DNA of 50,365 nucleotides from Minisyncoccota bacterium (lineage in GTDB: Bacteria; Patescibacteriota; Minisyncoccia; Phycocordibacterales; UBA9973). The notes under the pieces are model-generated. The model ran no database searches. It saw only the letters and a list, made by a program, of their open reading frames with translations, and was not told where the DNA came from. Both the position numbers and the translations under genes were made by a program. The DNA lies in contig JAGOVD010000001.1 of the NCBI GenBank assembly GCA_018060905.1, forward strand, positions 1 through 50,365. Reading direction: 5' to 3'. Below are positions 8,386 to 15,805 of the stretch, piece by piece; within the stretch, counting starts at the first letter, position 1, and every line of letters starts with the position of its first letter.

Positions 8386-9176
8386 GGAGTAAACATTTTG
8401 GTTAAGAAATGAAACATCTGTTTGTCATACTGCTCGATGATTTCAGTTTTGTATACCTCATCATCGGTCATCATATAAAGAAACATCAATATCTTCGCAT
8501 CTTTGCGCTTTTGGGAAGCCTCCTTTGCATAGTGAATTGATTTTTCGTACTGTCCGATAAGACAATACATACTTGCTAAATTTTCTTTAACAAGAATCAT
8601 TTCAGGATATACAGAGAACGCTTCTTCCAAAATCGTTTGGTATGTTCTGACATTTGAAGTCCTATATGACAACGCCTGACTTACCAGGTATGAGCAATAT
8701 AACCCCTTCCATAAATCAAGCTTGCCTACTGAAGGGTGAGAGAGTTGGGTTGGCACAGCGCTTAGCTCTGCAAAAATCGGATCGAATTGTCTTCCTTGCT
8801 CATCTACAATCACAATATGAGGACTCTCATATTGTAGTAGTTCAGCAATGTAGGTTTCGTCGTTCCATTTTTCTGCACATGCTTGTTCTAATATCATTGA
8901 CCGCAGTAAATCTTCGCAAACCTCTCCTGCATACATCGTGTGTGTAGGAAAAAATTGTTCACATAATACTGCGGCTTTGAGTGCTCTACCAAAACAACCT
9001 GCATCATCAAAACCAATGTTCATTTCTGCAACTTTCTCTTCGGAGAATGCTACACCATTGGGAATATTCCATGATAGAGAATAAAGAAACGATATCGGAT
9101 CTTTGTACCCTGACTCAGTTCCTTTTACTCGGAATGTATCCATGGCTTTCGCCTTGAATTGATCGAAAGATATCAT
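8382..9176 (-). CDS. hypothetical protein; possible transglutaminase-like Cys-His-Asp peptidase core plus C-terminal TPR-like helices
   Basis: DAGCFGRALKAAVL (Cys), about 58 aa later SPHIVIVDEQGRQFDPIF (His...Asp). This mimics the G-C...H-x-W/V...D-P spacing of transglutaminase-like proteases. The C-terminus ENLASMYCLIGQYEKSIHYAKEA looks TPR-like. Confidence 0.4.
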   Translation of the reverse strand: MISFDQFKAKAMDTFRVKGTESGYKDPISFLYSLSWNIPNGVAFSEEKVAEMNIGFDDAGCFGRALKAAVLCEQFFPTHTMYAGEVCEDLLRSMILEQACAEKWNDETYIAELLQYESPHIVIVDEQGRQFDPIFAELSAVPTQLSHPSVGKLDLWKGLYCSYLVSQALSYRTSNVRTYQTILEEAFSVYPEMILVKENLASMYCLIGQYEKSIHYAKEASQKRKDAKILMFLYMMTDDEVYKTEIIEQYDKQMFHFLTKMFTP

Positions 9177-9214
9177 AGTTTATAATGTTTAAGGAACGTA
9201 ATTTATTGGAATAT

Positions 9215-9260
9215 ATTGTAGCACAAATGTCTTGACAAGTCAAGGTATTTCTGCTATACT
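9215..9260. promoter_or_regulatory. divergent promoter pair with abutting -35 boxes forming the palindrome CTTGACAAGTCAAG
   Basis: Plus strand: TTGACA (9232-9237), 17 nt, TATACT (9255-9260). Minus strand: TTGACT (9238-9243), 17 nt, TGcTACAAT (9215-9223). Confidence 0.6.
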
Positions 9261-9357
9261 TCATCCAGTTCTTTAATAAGCCTTTTTCGAGAATCGTTAG
9301 TACTTATTTGTCATAGAATTCAGGGTCTATTCCTTGAATTTACATATCTGAAAAATT

Positions 9358-9843
9358 ATGACAAACAATACTTCAAATCCAGTGACCGTAAATGGAGCTG
9401 GTGCCGATTCACAGAATCAGGTTAATACAGTTGAATTAGTTTTAACGTTCAATTTGATGGGTAGTGGATTCTTTGGGGACCAATACAGAGAAAGGCGAAT
9501 ATGGAAGTCAGGTGGTTCACACCTGCTTGCATTAAGTCCTATTTGTACCCCAGATGAGTTCAGTGACTCGAACTGTGATTGCAGGAGCTATTACTGTAAC
9601 GAGGTCCCAAAACAACTTAGTGGTGAGAAAAGTTTTGATAATGGAGGACGTACGTGTCTCTATCAATTCTGGGATGCATTTGTAAGAGCAACTAAACATT
9701 TTGACGACATTGTTCCCGAAATGTTTAGTACAGGCAATTACGGATGCAGGAGTATTTGGTTTGTAATGAGAACCAGTCGTGACCTTGAGTACATTAAGTC
9801 TGTTTTGAGAGAAGTGTTTGAACGTGAGATTAAGTTTAATTGA
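9358..9843 (+). CDS. hypothetical Cys-rich protein (161 aa)
   Basis: ORF downstream of a canonical promoter and followed by a hairpin. No recognisable domain. Confidence 0.5.
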   Translation: MTNNTSNPVTVNGAGADSQNQVNTVELVLTFNLMGSGFFGDQYRERRIWKSGGSHLLALSPICTPDEFSDSNCDCRSYYCNEVPKQLSGEKSFDNGGRTCLYQFWDAFVRATKHFDDIVPEMFSTGNYGCRSIWFVMRTSRDLEYIKSVLREVFEREIKFN

Positions 9844-9848
9844 ATTTT

Positions 9849-9879
9849 GGGCGAGCCTTAAAACTCGCCCTCATTATTC
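9849..9879 (+). terminator. hairpin GGGCGAG/CTCGCCC after 9358..9843
   Basis: 7-bp perfect stem, 8-nt loop, followed by a moderately T-rich tract. Confidence 0.4.
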
Positions 9880-9943
9880 AACCCATAAAGCAATTTGTGG
9901 TTTGATTGTGAAATACATTTGTTCATTCAAAAATCTAAATATA

Positions 9944-10876
9944 ATGAGTAAGCAAGAAATTCTGGATACCATAACTATCCTTTGCAGTAGCGAAAACGTT
10001 GCCGCTTCAATGAAACAAGCACTTCTCGAAAGTGATGTTGATATTGAGCCGATCAGTAATACAACAATCATTGCTGTAGAAAACACAATTGGTGGAGCGA
10101 AGATGCAGTCTTGTAAAGGAATTGTTATGGCACACAACATGCTTATCAATGACCAAAACTGCAAAATCATCCTGTACCACGTACTTCCAGTTGAGTACCT
10201 TCGCAAGAACCATCAAAAACTGGATATTGTACTGGCAAAGCCAAACGTACGATTGCTGGAAATGCCATTTTCGCTTGAAACACTTGCAACAGCATTTCAA
10301 ACAAAGAGCATAGATATTGACTCAAGTTCTACACAAGATGCCTTAAACAAGCACATTGCAGGAGAATTAAGCGGTATCTGGCATGACATTAAAAAGGCAC
10401 CGAATCCATTACAGCCACGAAATGACTGGGAAACGGATTGCGTAACAAATGGTATTGCAAAAGCAAAAGGAGCATTCCCAATGCTAGCCGATAAAGATGA
10501 TGCTTTCATTCTTCAATTCCTTGAAGAAACCTCCGCAAAACGCGAAGAGGTACGCAAAGGAGAAACCTTTTCAGGTATTTTCTGTGACATGGAAGGCACG
10601 CTTTTCAGCAATGGTACATTGAACAATGCGGTACTGGAATTTCTACGGAAGCACGAAGCCGAAGGGAAAGAAATCAGACTTTGGTCTGATGGAAACCTTT
10701 CAGAGCTTCAACCATTACTTGATGCTAATAACATCGCATATCAACTCAATGCAAAACGCGATTTTGCAGGAGCAATTGTCGAAATGGCGATTGATGATAT
10801 GGATGAGCATAGCTTTTCAGCAATTACGAAAGTATTTGCCAAAGAGTTCAAACAGGTAGGAAGCATCCTTGCTTAG
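9944..10876 (+). CDS. hypothetical protein with a C-terminal HAD-like phosphatase module
   Basis: Preferred start is MSKQEILD (ATG at 9944, after the upstream hairpin). GIFCDMEGTLF resembles HAD motif I (DxDGTL with the second Asp replaced by Glu). LWSDG and AIDDMDE follow later. The N-terminal ~200 aa are unassigned. Confidence 0.5.
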   Translation: MSKQEILDTITILCSSENVAASMKQALLESDVDIEPISNTTIIAVENTIGGAKMQSCKGIVMAHNMLINDQNCKIILYHVLPVEYLRKNHQKLDIVLAKPNVRLLEMPFSLETLATAFQTKSIDIDSSSTQDALNKHIAGELSGIWHDIKKAPNPLQPRNDWETDCVTNGIAKAKGAFPMLADKDDAFILQFLEETSAKREEVRKGETFSGIFCDMEGTLFSNGTLNNAVLEFLRKHEAEGKEIRLWSDGNLSELQPLLDANNIAYQLNAKRDFAGAIVEMAIDDMDEHSFSAITKVFAKEFKQVGSILA

Positions 10877-10894
10877 TCTCTGTACATTTTTACA

Positions 10895-10922
10895 AGCCGT
10901 TCCAATTGGGACGGCTTTTTTT
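10895..10922 (+). terminator. intrinsic terminator
   Basis: AGCCGTTCC-AATT-GGGACGGCT followed by TTTTTTT. Confidence 0.7.
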
Positions 10923-11005
10923 AATAAAAAACCTACACGACCACACTACGAATTCCTTAGTCTGCATAGCTATACACCCCCAACCAGTCTGTCATTAATA
11001 TAGGT

Positions 11006-12334
11006 ATGGAAACCGCCGTTATTGGCAAAATACATAGTCCAGTCTCAATGAGCGAGGTACGGATCAGATATTGTCTATATTGTAGAAAGTCGAGTGAATC
11101 GGATGAGCTCCAAGCGCTGTCTATTGAATCTCAAGCCAAAGAAATGACTGCTATAGCGGATCGTTTAAATCTAAATATAGTTGCTATTAAAAAAGAATCT
11201 CATTCAGCAAAACAATCAGGACAACGACCGATATTTAAAGAACTATTACAAGAAATAGAAAAAGGTATTTATAACGGCATCCTCACATGGGCACCTGATC
11301 GGTTGAGTAGAAACGCTGGTGATCTGGGTACCGTTGTCGATCTCATGGATCAGAAAAAACTGATTCATATTCAAACATATGGACAAACTTTTTCAAACTC
11401 TCCAAATGAGAAATTCCTATTGATGATCCTGTGTTCTCAAGCCAAGCTTGAGAACGATAACAAGAGCATCAATGTAAAGCGTGGACTTCGCGCGAGAGTT
11501 GAAATGGGTCTGTGGCCGTGCCGTCCACCAACAGGATATACAAAGTACAAACGCATTGACCAGAAGTGTGAATCCGTCATTGATCCAGATCGTGCCCCGA
11601 TCATCAAGCAAATCTTTGAGAAAGTCGGCTATGACGGGTGGAGCGGAAGAAAGATATACCATTGGCTCAAAGATGATATCGATTTCAAGACCGAAGCGAA
11701 TATGCACTTGAGTTTGGGTAACCTCTACAAAATCCTCGAAAATCACTTCTATTATGGTCGCTTTGAATTCCCAAAGGAATCAGGCAACTGGTATAACGGC
11801 GCACATGTACCGATCATCACCAAAGAACTCTTTGATCTTGTCCAAATACAGATTAAAAATCAAACACTCCAACCGAGGTCTGAACAAAAGGAGTTTGCCT
11901 TCACCAAGATCATGACGTGTGGACTTTGCGGTTCGGGCATCACTGCAGACGAGAAATTCAAAAAGCAGAAGAACGGCACTGTCCACCGCTATGTCTATTA
12001 CAAGTGCACACGCATACGGGACTCACAATGTTTATGCGGGTATGTCAATGAAGATGATCTAATCGTACAACTCCAAGGACTCATGGACGATCTGGAAATA
12101 CAGACCGTCCCAATGCGAGAGAAAATTACGGCAGAAGTGCATCGGTTCAAGAAGTTTGAACAGATGCTCCTTGGCACAAAGACGGCTGTGGCGGTGAAGG
12201 ATATTGATATACGGAACTATGCTAAGTTTATCCTGATCGAGGGAACAGTGGACGAGAAACGGGAGTTTCTGAGGTGTTTGAAGAGTGAGATCTGCCTTAA
12301 TAACAAGAAAATCTCCTTAAAGCAGAGAGTCTAG
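11006..12334 (+). CDS. large serine recombinase / integrase
   Basis: N-terminal resolvase catalytic motif YCRKSSESDELQALSIESQ and DRLSRN, a central recombinase domain, and a zinc ribbon CGLCGSG...YYKCTR...C.C. 442 aa. Confidence 0.9.
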   Translation: METAVIGKIHSPVSMSEVRIRYCLYCRKSSESDELQALSIESQAKEMTAIADRLNLNIVAIKKESHSAKQSGQRPIFKELLQEIEKGIYNGILTWAPDRLSRNAGDLGTVVDLMDQKKLIHIQTYGQTFSNSPNEKFLLMILCSQAKLENDNKSINVKRGLRARVEMGLWPCRPPTGYTKYKRIDQKCESVIDPDRAPIIKQIFEKVGYDGWSGRKIYHWLKDDIDFKTEANMHLSLGNLYKILENHFYYGRFEFPKESGNWYNGAHVPIITKELFDLVQIQIKNQTLQPRSEQKEFAFTKIMTCGLCGSGITADEKFKKQKNGTVHRYVYYKCTRIRDSQCLCGYVNEDDLIVQLQGLMDDLEIQTVPMREKITAEVHRFKKFEQMLLGTKTAVAVKDIDIRNYAKFILIEGTVDEKREFLRCLKSEICLNNKKISLKQRV

Positions 12335-12354
12335 AAAAATGGTAAAATGGGTAT

Positions 12355-12975
12355 ATGAAGCTCACGAAATTTGAACAATCAGGGTTTATCTTAGAGACTG
12401 AGAACGGTTTCCGTCTCGCCTTTGATATTGGCAACAAAACGCCTCTGGAGAAACTTGAAGGCATCGCCGCTGACGCGATGCTTATATCGCATATCCATGG
12501 TGATCATTTTTCTCTCGATCAGATCAAGAAAATCAACCCCAAGAAACTATATCTCAACCATGAGTGTATTGAAACACTCGGAGAAGAAAGTCTGACATCG
12601 GAAATAGTGCAAGTGAAAGTCGGTGACCTCATCACGATCGGCAATATTACCGTGCAATTTTTCAACGTCGATCATGGCCCAAATGTGTCAGTACCACTCC
12701 AAGAAAACTTCGGATTTCTCATCACTGCTGATAGTCAGAAAATATACTTTGCGGGTGATATGTTCTACGAGTCAGGGATTGATGTAACCAATTTCGAAGT
12801 GCACTACGCGCTTCTGCCGGTTGGCACGCACTATACGTTTGGCCCGCGCGAAGCGTTTGAGTTTGCAAAGAAATTCAAAAAGATTGGCAAGATCATTTCG
12901 ATGCACTATGCAAATAAGCCAGAGACACAGGGCGAGTTTTTGGAACTTGCGAGGGGGTCGTTTGAGGCGGAGTAA
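12355..12975 (+). CDS. MBL-fold metallo-hydrolase
   Basis: ISHIHGDHF (HxHxDH motif) and later DHGP and MHY. 206 aa, starting 20 nt after the recombinase stop. Confidence 0.8.
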   Translation: MKLTKFEQSGFILETENGFRLAFDIGNKTPLEKLEGIAADAMLISHIHGDHFSLDQIKKINPKKLYLNHECIETLGEESLTSEIVQVKVGDLITIGNITVQFFNVDHGPNVSVPLQENFGFLITADSQKIYFAGDMFYESGIDVTNFEVHYALLPVGTHYTFGPREAFEFAKKFKKIGKIISMHYANKPETQGEFLELARGSFEAE

Positions 12976-13061
12976 TCTAAAACCATTCCGTACTATGGCT
13001 AGCTCAAACGTTTCAGTTAAATATAGACCAATCAGAATCGGATTTTTGGTGAGAAGGAAAT

Positions 13062-13142
13062 ATGCTTGAGAAGAGAGATTTGCTGGGGTGTTTGAAGAGC
13101 AAGTTAGTACTGAAAGACAAGCAATTGAAACTACTAAGTTAG
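13062..13142 (+). pseudogene. remnant of the 3' end of a second serine recombinase gene
   Basis: The 26-codon ORF MLEKRDLLGCLKSKLVLKDKQLKLLS aligns with the recombinase C-terminus EKREFLRCLKSEICLNNKKISLK. The two share the 13-nt string GGTGTTTGAAGAG. Confidence 0.55.
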
Positions 13143-13144
13143 GA

Positions 13145-13912
13145 TTACCAATTCATGCCTATGGATTGCTTTATCTTCTGCAGATCATTACTGTAGGTAT
13201 CAGAAAATAGTTTAGTCTCTATAAGCTGTTGGTAAAATTTGATATAGATTTCTAAGAAATATTCTAAAGCCCAGCAGCTTAACAAATCAACATCATCAGT
13301 GATTGCATGCTGATTACCTAAACGGAGATGGTTTGACTCACTATAGAGAGCATAGATACTATACATACTTGATCCTTTTAAATCCTTAATATTAAGTGAG
13401 CTTTTATCACACAAATCTTTTATTGACGGGAACACTCTGGTGTTTGACTTTATTTTAGCTAAATCAAAATCAGTCTTGAGGATTTTATTTACAACGTCAA
13501 CAGCCTTTAGGGTTTTATGCATACTATGTTCTTCAGTTGGAGGAATTGCGACATCGAGTGCGGCTCCGATTTGTGCCATATCCCGAGAAAGTAACTCGAG
13601 TACTTTATGACTATTGTCCTTTGCCAATCTCAATACATATTCTAAGTAAAAAATAACTTCAAACGATCCTCTCACAGCAAAGAAAACGTACTTCTGGTTA
13701 AAATCATCTTTTAGAAGATATTGAAACAGATTTGAGAGACCGACAATTTCTTTATGGAAATGTTGAACATACGCATATTCGAGGTGACCACCATTAGCCT
13801 TGTGTTGATTAGAGATATTTTCTATTTGAGGACCAAACTCAGCAGAAAAATTATCTACTTTTTCAAGGGCAGTCTTGAGTAGGGAGATCTTATTTAGTGT
13901 AGAAAATTCCAT
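13145..13912 (-). CDS. hypothetical all-alpha protein (possible HEPN-like / DUF5677-like)
   Basis: 255 aa of helical-looking sequence. Contains R-x6-H (RLAKDNSH) and R-x4-H (RLGNQH) strings. Lies 4 nt downstream of the NUDIX gene. Confidence 0.5.
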   Translation of the reverse strand: MEFSTLNKISLLKTALEKVDNFSAEFGPQIENISNQHKANGGHLEYAYVQHFHKEIVGLSNLFQYLLKDDFNQKYVFFAVRGSFEVIFYLEYVLRLAKDNSHKVLELLSRDMAQIGAALDVAIPPTEEHSMHKTLKAVDVVNKILKTDFDLAKIKSNTRVFPSIKDLCDKSSLNIKDLKGSSMYSIYALYSESNHLRLGNQHAITDDVDLLSCWALEYFLEIYIKFYQQLIETKLFSDTYSNDLQKIKQSIGMNW

Positions 13913-13916
13913 GATT

Positions 13917-14402
13917 TTATAAAAACGAAATAGATCTCTCTACTATCCTGTTTCCTATATCTCCCCATTTTAAATATTCTTTATAATCTTCAGGAGTAAC
14001 TAGTTTTATTTCCACAATATCCCCCATAGGATCGCCGAGAAATGGACCGAGTGGCTTAACTACACACATGTATCTGAGTTGATATTTGAAACTTTGATCT
14101 TTCATATCTATCACCTTTTGATATCCTATTGGTTTAAATGAAAGTATTTCCATATTTGATTCTTCTTGTATTTCCCTTCTTAAGGATTGCTCAAATGATT
14201 CACCTTCTTCAATAGTTCCGCCAATGAGGCAATATTCTTTTCTTCCTCCACTATATCCAAAAACTATTTTTCCATCACAAAAACAAACTCCATATGTTTG
14301 AGTGCATTTCGTTTTATCTAAATGATCAAAGGAGTCTGCGTCGGTATACTCAAAGATGAATGTATTTCCTTTGTGATCTGTGTAAGTGTTAGCTAACTGC
14401 AT
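13917..14402 (-). CDS. NUDIX hydrolase
   Basis: Nudix box GGTIEEGESFEQSLRREIQEESN (G-x5-E-x7-REUxEExGU pattern). Confidence 0.85.
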   Translation of the reverse strand: MQLANTYTDHKGNTFIFEYTDADSFDHLDKTKCTQTYGVCFCDGKIVFGYSGGRKEYCLIGGTIEEGESFEQSLRREIQEESNMEILSFKPIGYQKVIDMKDQSFKYQLRYMCVVKPLGPFLGDPMGDIVEIKLVTPEDYKEYLKWGDIGNRIVERSISFL

Positions 14403-14730
14403 TTTTATATTGTAGCAAATTTTAACACAGCTCGGGCTAACTCAAACCCTACACCGTGTCACATATTAACCCCTCCTGGTCCTTCGATACTAAACTAAAC
14501 TGCTACCAACAAAGAGCTCGAACCATACCATCCGTATTGGCAGGATGAGGGTACTATTGATGCTGGCGTACCAGAGAGATACTCTAATTCATTAGAAGAG
14601 CTTTCTCGAAATTCTATCGCACGGTATCTAATGAAAAAAGTGGCTTAAGCCAGGTTCGATTCTCAAAAGGGTGCTAAAAATGGCAACCTAAAAAACCCTT
14701 TAAATTGAAGCTTCTCGTGCTAGCACGAGT

Positions 14731-14805
14731 TGGTGACCCTACGGAGAATCGAACTCCGATTTAAAGCTTGAAAAGCTTCTGTCCTAACCGTTAGACGATA
14801 GGGCC
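14731..14805 (-). tRNA. tRNA-Glu (anticodon UUC), CCA encoded
   Basis: Hand-folded cloverleaf: GGCCCTA acceptor, GTCT/GGAC D stem, GAAGC-TTTTCAA-GCTTT anticodon arm, CGGAG-TTCGATT-CTCCG T arm, TAGGGTC-A-CCA. Confidence 0.9.
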
Positions 14806-14830
14806 ATGTGCGTACTATTGTACAAATTTT

Positions 14831-14867
14831 TTATAAAAAAACAAGGAGCCTGTGAAAGCGCTCCTTG
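14831..14867 (-). terminator. intrinsic terminator of 14890..15372
   Basis: CAAGGAGC/GCTCCTTG 8-bp stem; on the minus strand it is followed by TTTTTTTATAA. Confidence 0.65.
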
Positions 14868-14889
14868 GTAAGCTAAATTAGGTTCCCCA

Positions 14890-15372
14890 CTAGTTCTTCC
14901 TTTCAGTAAAAGGGTCTTCGACGCGATATGTTCTGATCCTGCCATTTACTGTAACAGCGAACAAATGCTGTTCCTTCTGGAGTAAGGGGTCATGATAATA
15001 GATATCATTCTTACCTTCAAAACATTCATTTTTTAAGAAATTGTACACTGCCTGCGGAACAATATTCCATACCACAAAACGATTTTGTAATTCTTTGATT
15101 TTTTCCCAATACCCGAAAATATTTTTTGGGGACTGGTCTTCATCAATAGAAAATACAGAAAATACCAAGGCTTTCTTTTTGATCAACGTTTTACCTTCGG
15201 CTGCGGTAACTAGTATACGATGTGGAACTCTTTGCTCTAAAAGAGCAATACCTGCGAAAGATTCTTCGCGAGCTTTGTTTGGAATAATGTGTCTGTCTTT
15301 TGCCCCATAAATGATAGGGAAAAAAGCCATTGAAGCATCTGTAAGAAGAAGGGGGTTAGTTTGAAAGGACAT
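14890..15372 (-). CDS. hypothetical protein (160 aa) between two tRNA genes
   Basis: Clean ORF with its own terminator. No recognisable motif. Confidence 0.5.
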   Translation of the reverse strand: MSFQTNPLLLTDASMAFFPIIYGAKDRHIIPNKAREESFAGIALLEQRVPHRILVTAAEGKTLIKKKALVFSVFSIDEDQSPKNIFGYWEKIKELQNRFVVWNIVPQAVYNFLKNECFEGKNDIYYHDPLLQKEQHLFAVTVNGRIRTYRVEDPFTERKN

Positions 15373-15487
15373 AATGGTTGTTTTTTGTGAGATAAAAAGT
15401 TTTTTAAAATAGTACCATATTTACACGAAAAAGCAACTACAGTCGCAAAAGAGGGGAGAGTATGATATATTTTCCCTACAAAACCAG

Positions 15488-15561
15488 GCGCGGTTAGCTC
15501 ATATGGTTAGAGCGCAGCATTGACATTGCTGAGGTGAGAGGTTCGATCCCTCTACCGTGCA
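15488..15561 (+). tRNA. tRNA-Val (anticodon GAC)
   Basis: Hand-folded: GCGCGGT acceptor, GCTC/GAGC D stem, CAGCA-TTGACAT-TGCTG anticodon arm, AGAGG-TTCGATC-CCTCT T arm, ACCGTGC-A. Followed by CC but no complete CCA. Confidence 0.9.
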
Positions 15562-15576
15562 CCCGTTTAAAAATGA

Positions 15577-15602
15577 GCCCGTTCACACGGGCAATTTTTA
15601 TT
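15577..15602 (+). terminator. intrinsic terminator after tRNA-Val
   Basis: GCCCGT-TCAC-ACGGGC followed by AATTTTTATT. Confidence 0.65.
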
Positions 15603-15745
15603 GGGTGCACGGTAAGCAGGCAACCTGCGTTGCCTGCGTGAGGGAGCGAACGCCGGAGTCATGTTTCTTCAGCAGAAGAAACAGACGAGGCGGTGCCCAG
15701 CCCGAACTGCGCGACTGGCGCAGTGAGAGGCGAGGGAGATCCCTA
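15603..15745 (+). ncRNA. candidate structured RNA, family unassigned (GC-rich multi-hairpin element 1)
   Basis: Sharp local GC rise. Perfect hairpins at 15616-15637 (9 bp), 15663-15682 (8 bp, nested in CGCC/GGCG) and 15706-15724 (7 bp). It starts with the exact complement of the tRNA-Val 3' end. Strand is inferred only from the upstream terminator context. Confidence 0.4.
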
Positions 15746-15805
15746 CTTAGTGACTAGTGACCACAAAGTTTAAAATTTCAAGTCGAAGGCGATCCCTCTA
15801 TAATA

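Noticed and set aside
14470-14670. Stop-free stretch encoding ...KELEPYHPYWQDEGTIDAGVPERYSNSLEELSRNSIARYLMKKVA, and a T-loop-like GGTTCGATTC at 14653-14662
   Set aside because: There is no start codon and no recognisable family, so I cannot support a pseudogene call. The T-loop-like string has no complementary stem and no acceptor, so it is not a tRNA.
15557-15757. 66-aa ORF in the GC-rich element after tRNA-Val
   Set aside because: It starts inside the tRNA gene and runs through the terminator. It is Arg/Gly/Cys-rich, and the region is better explained by RNA structure.
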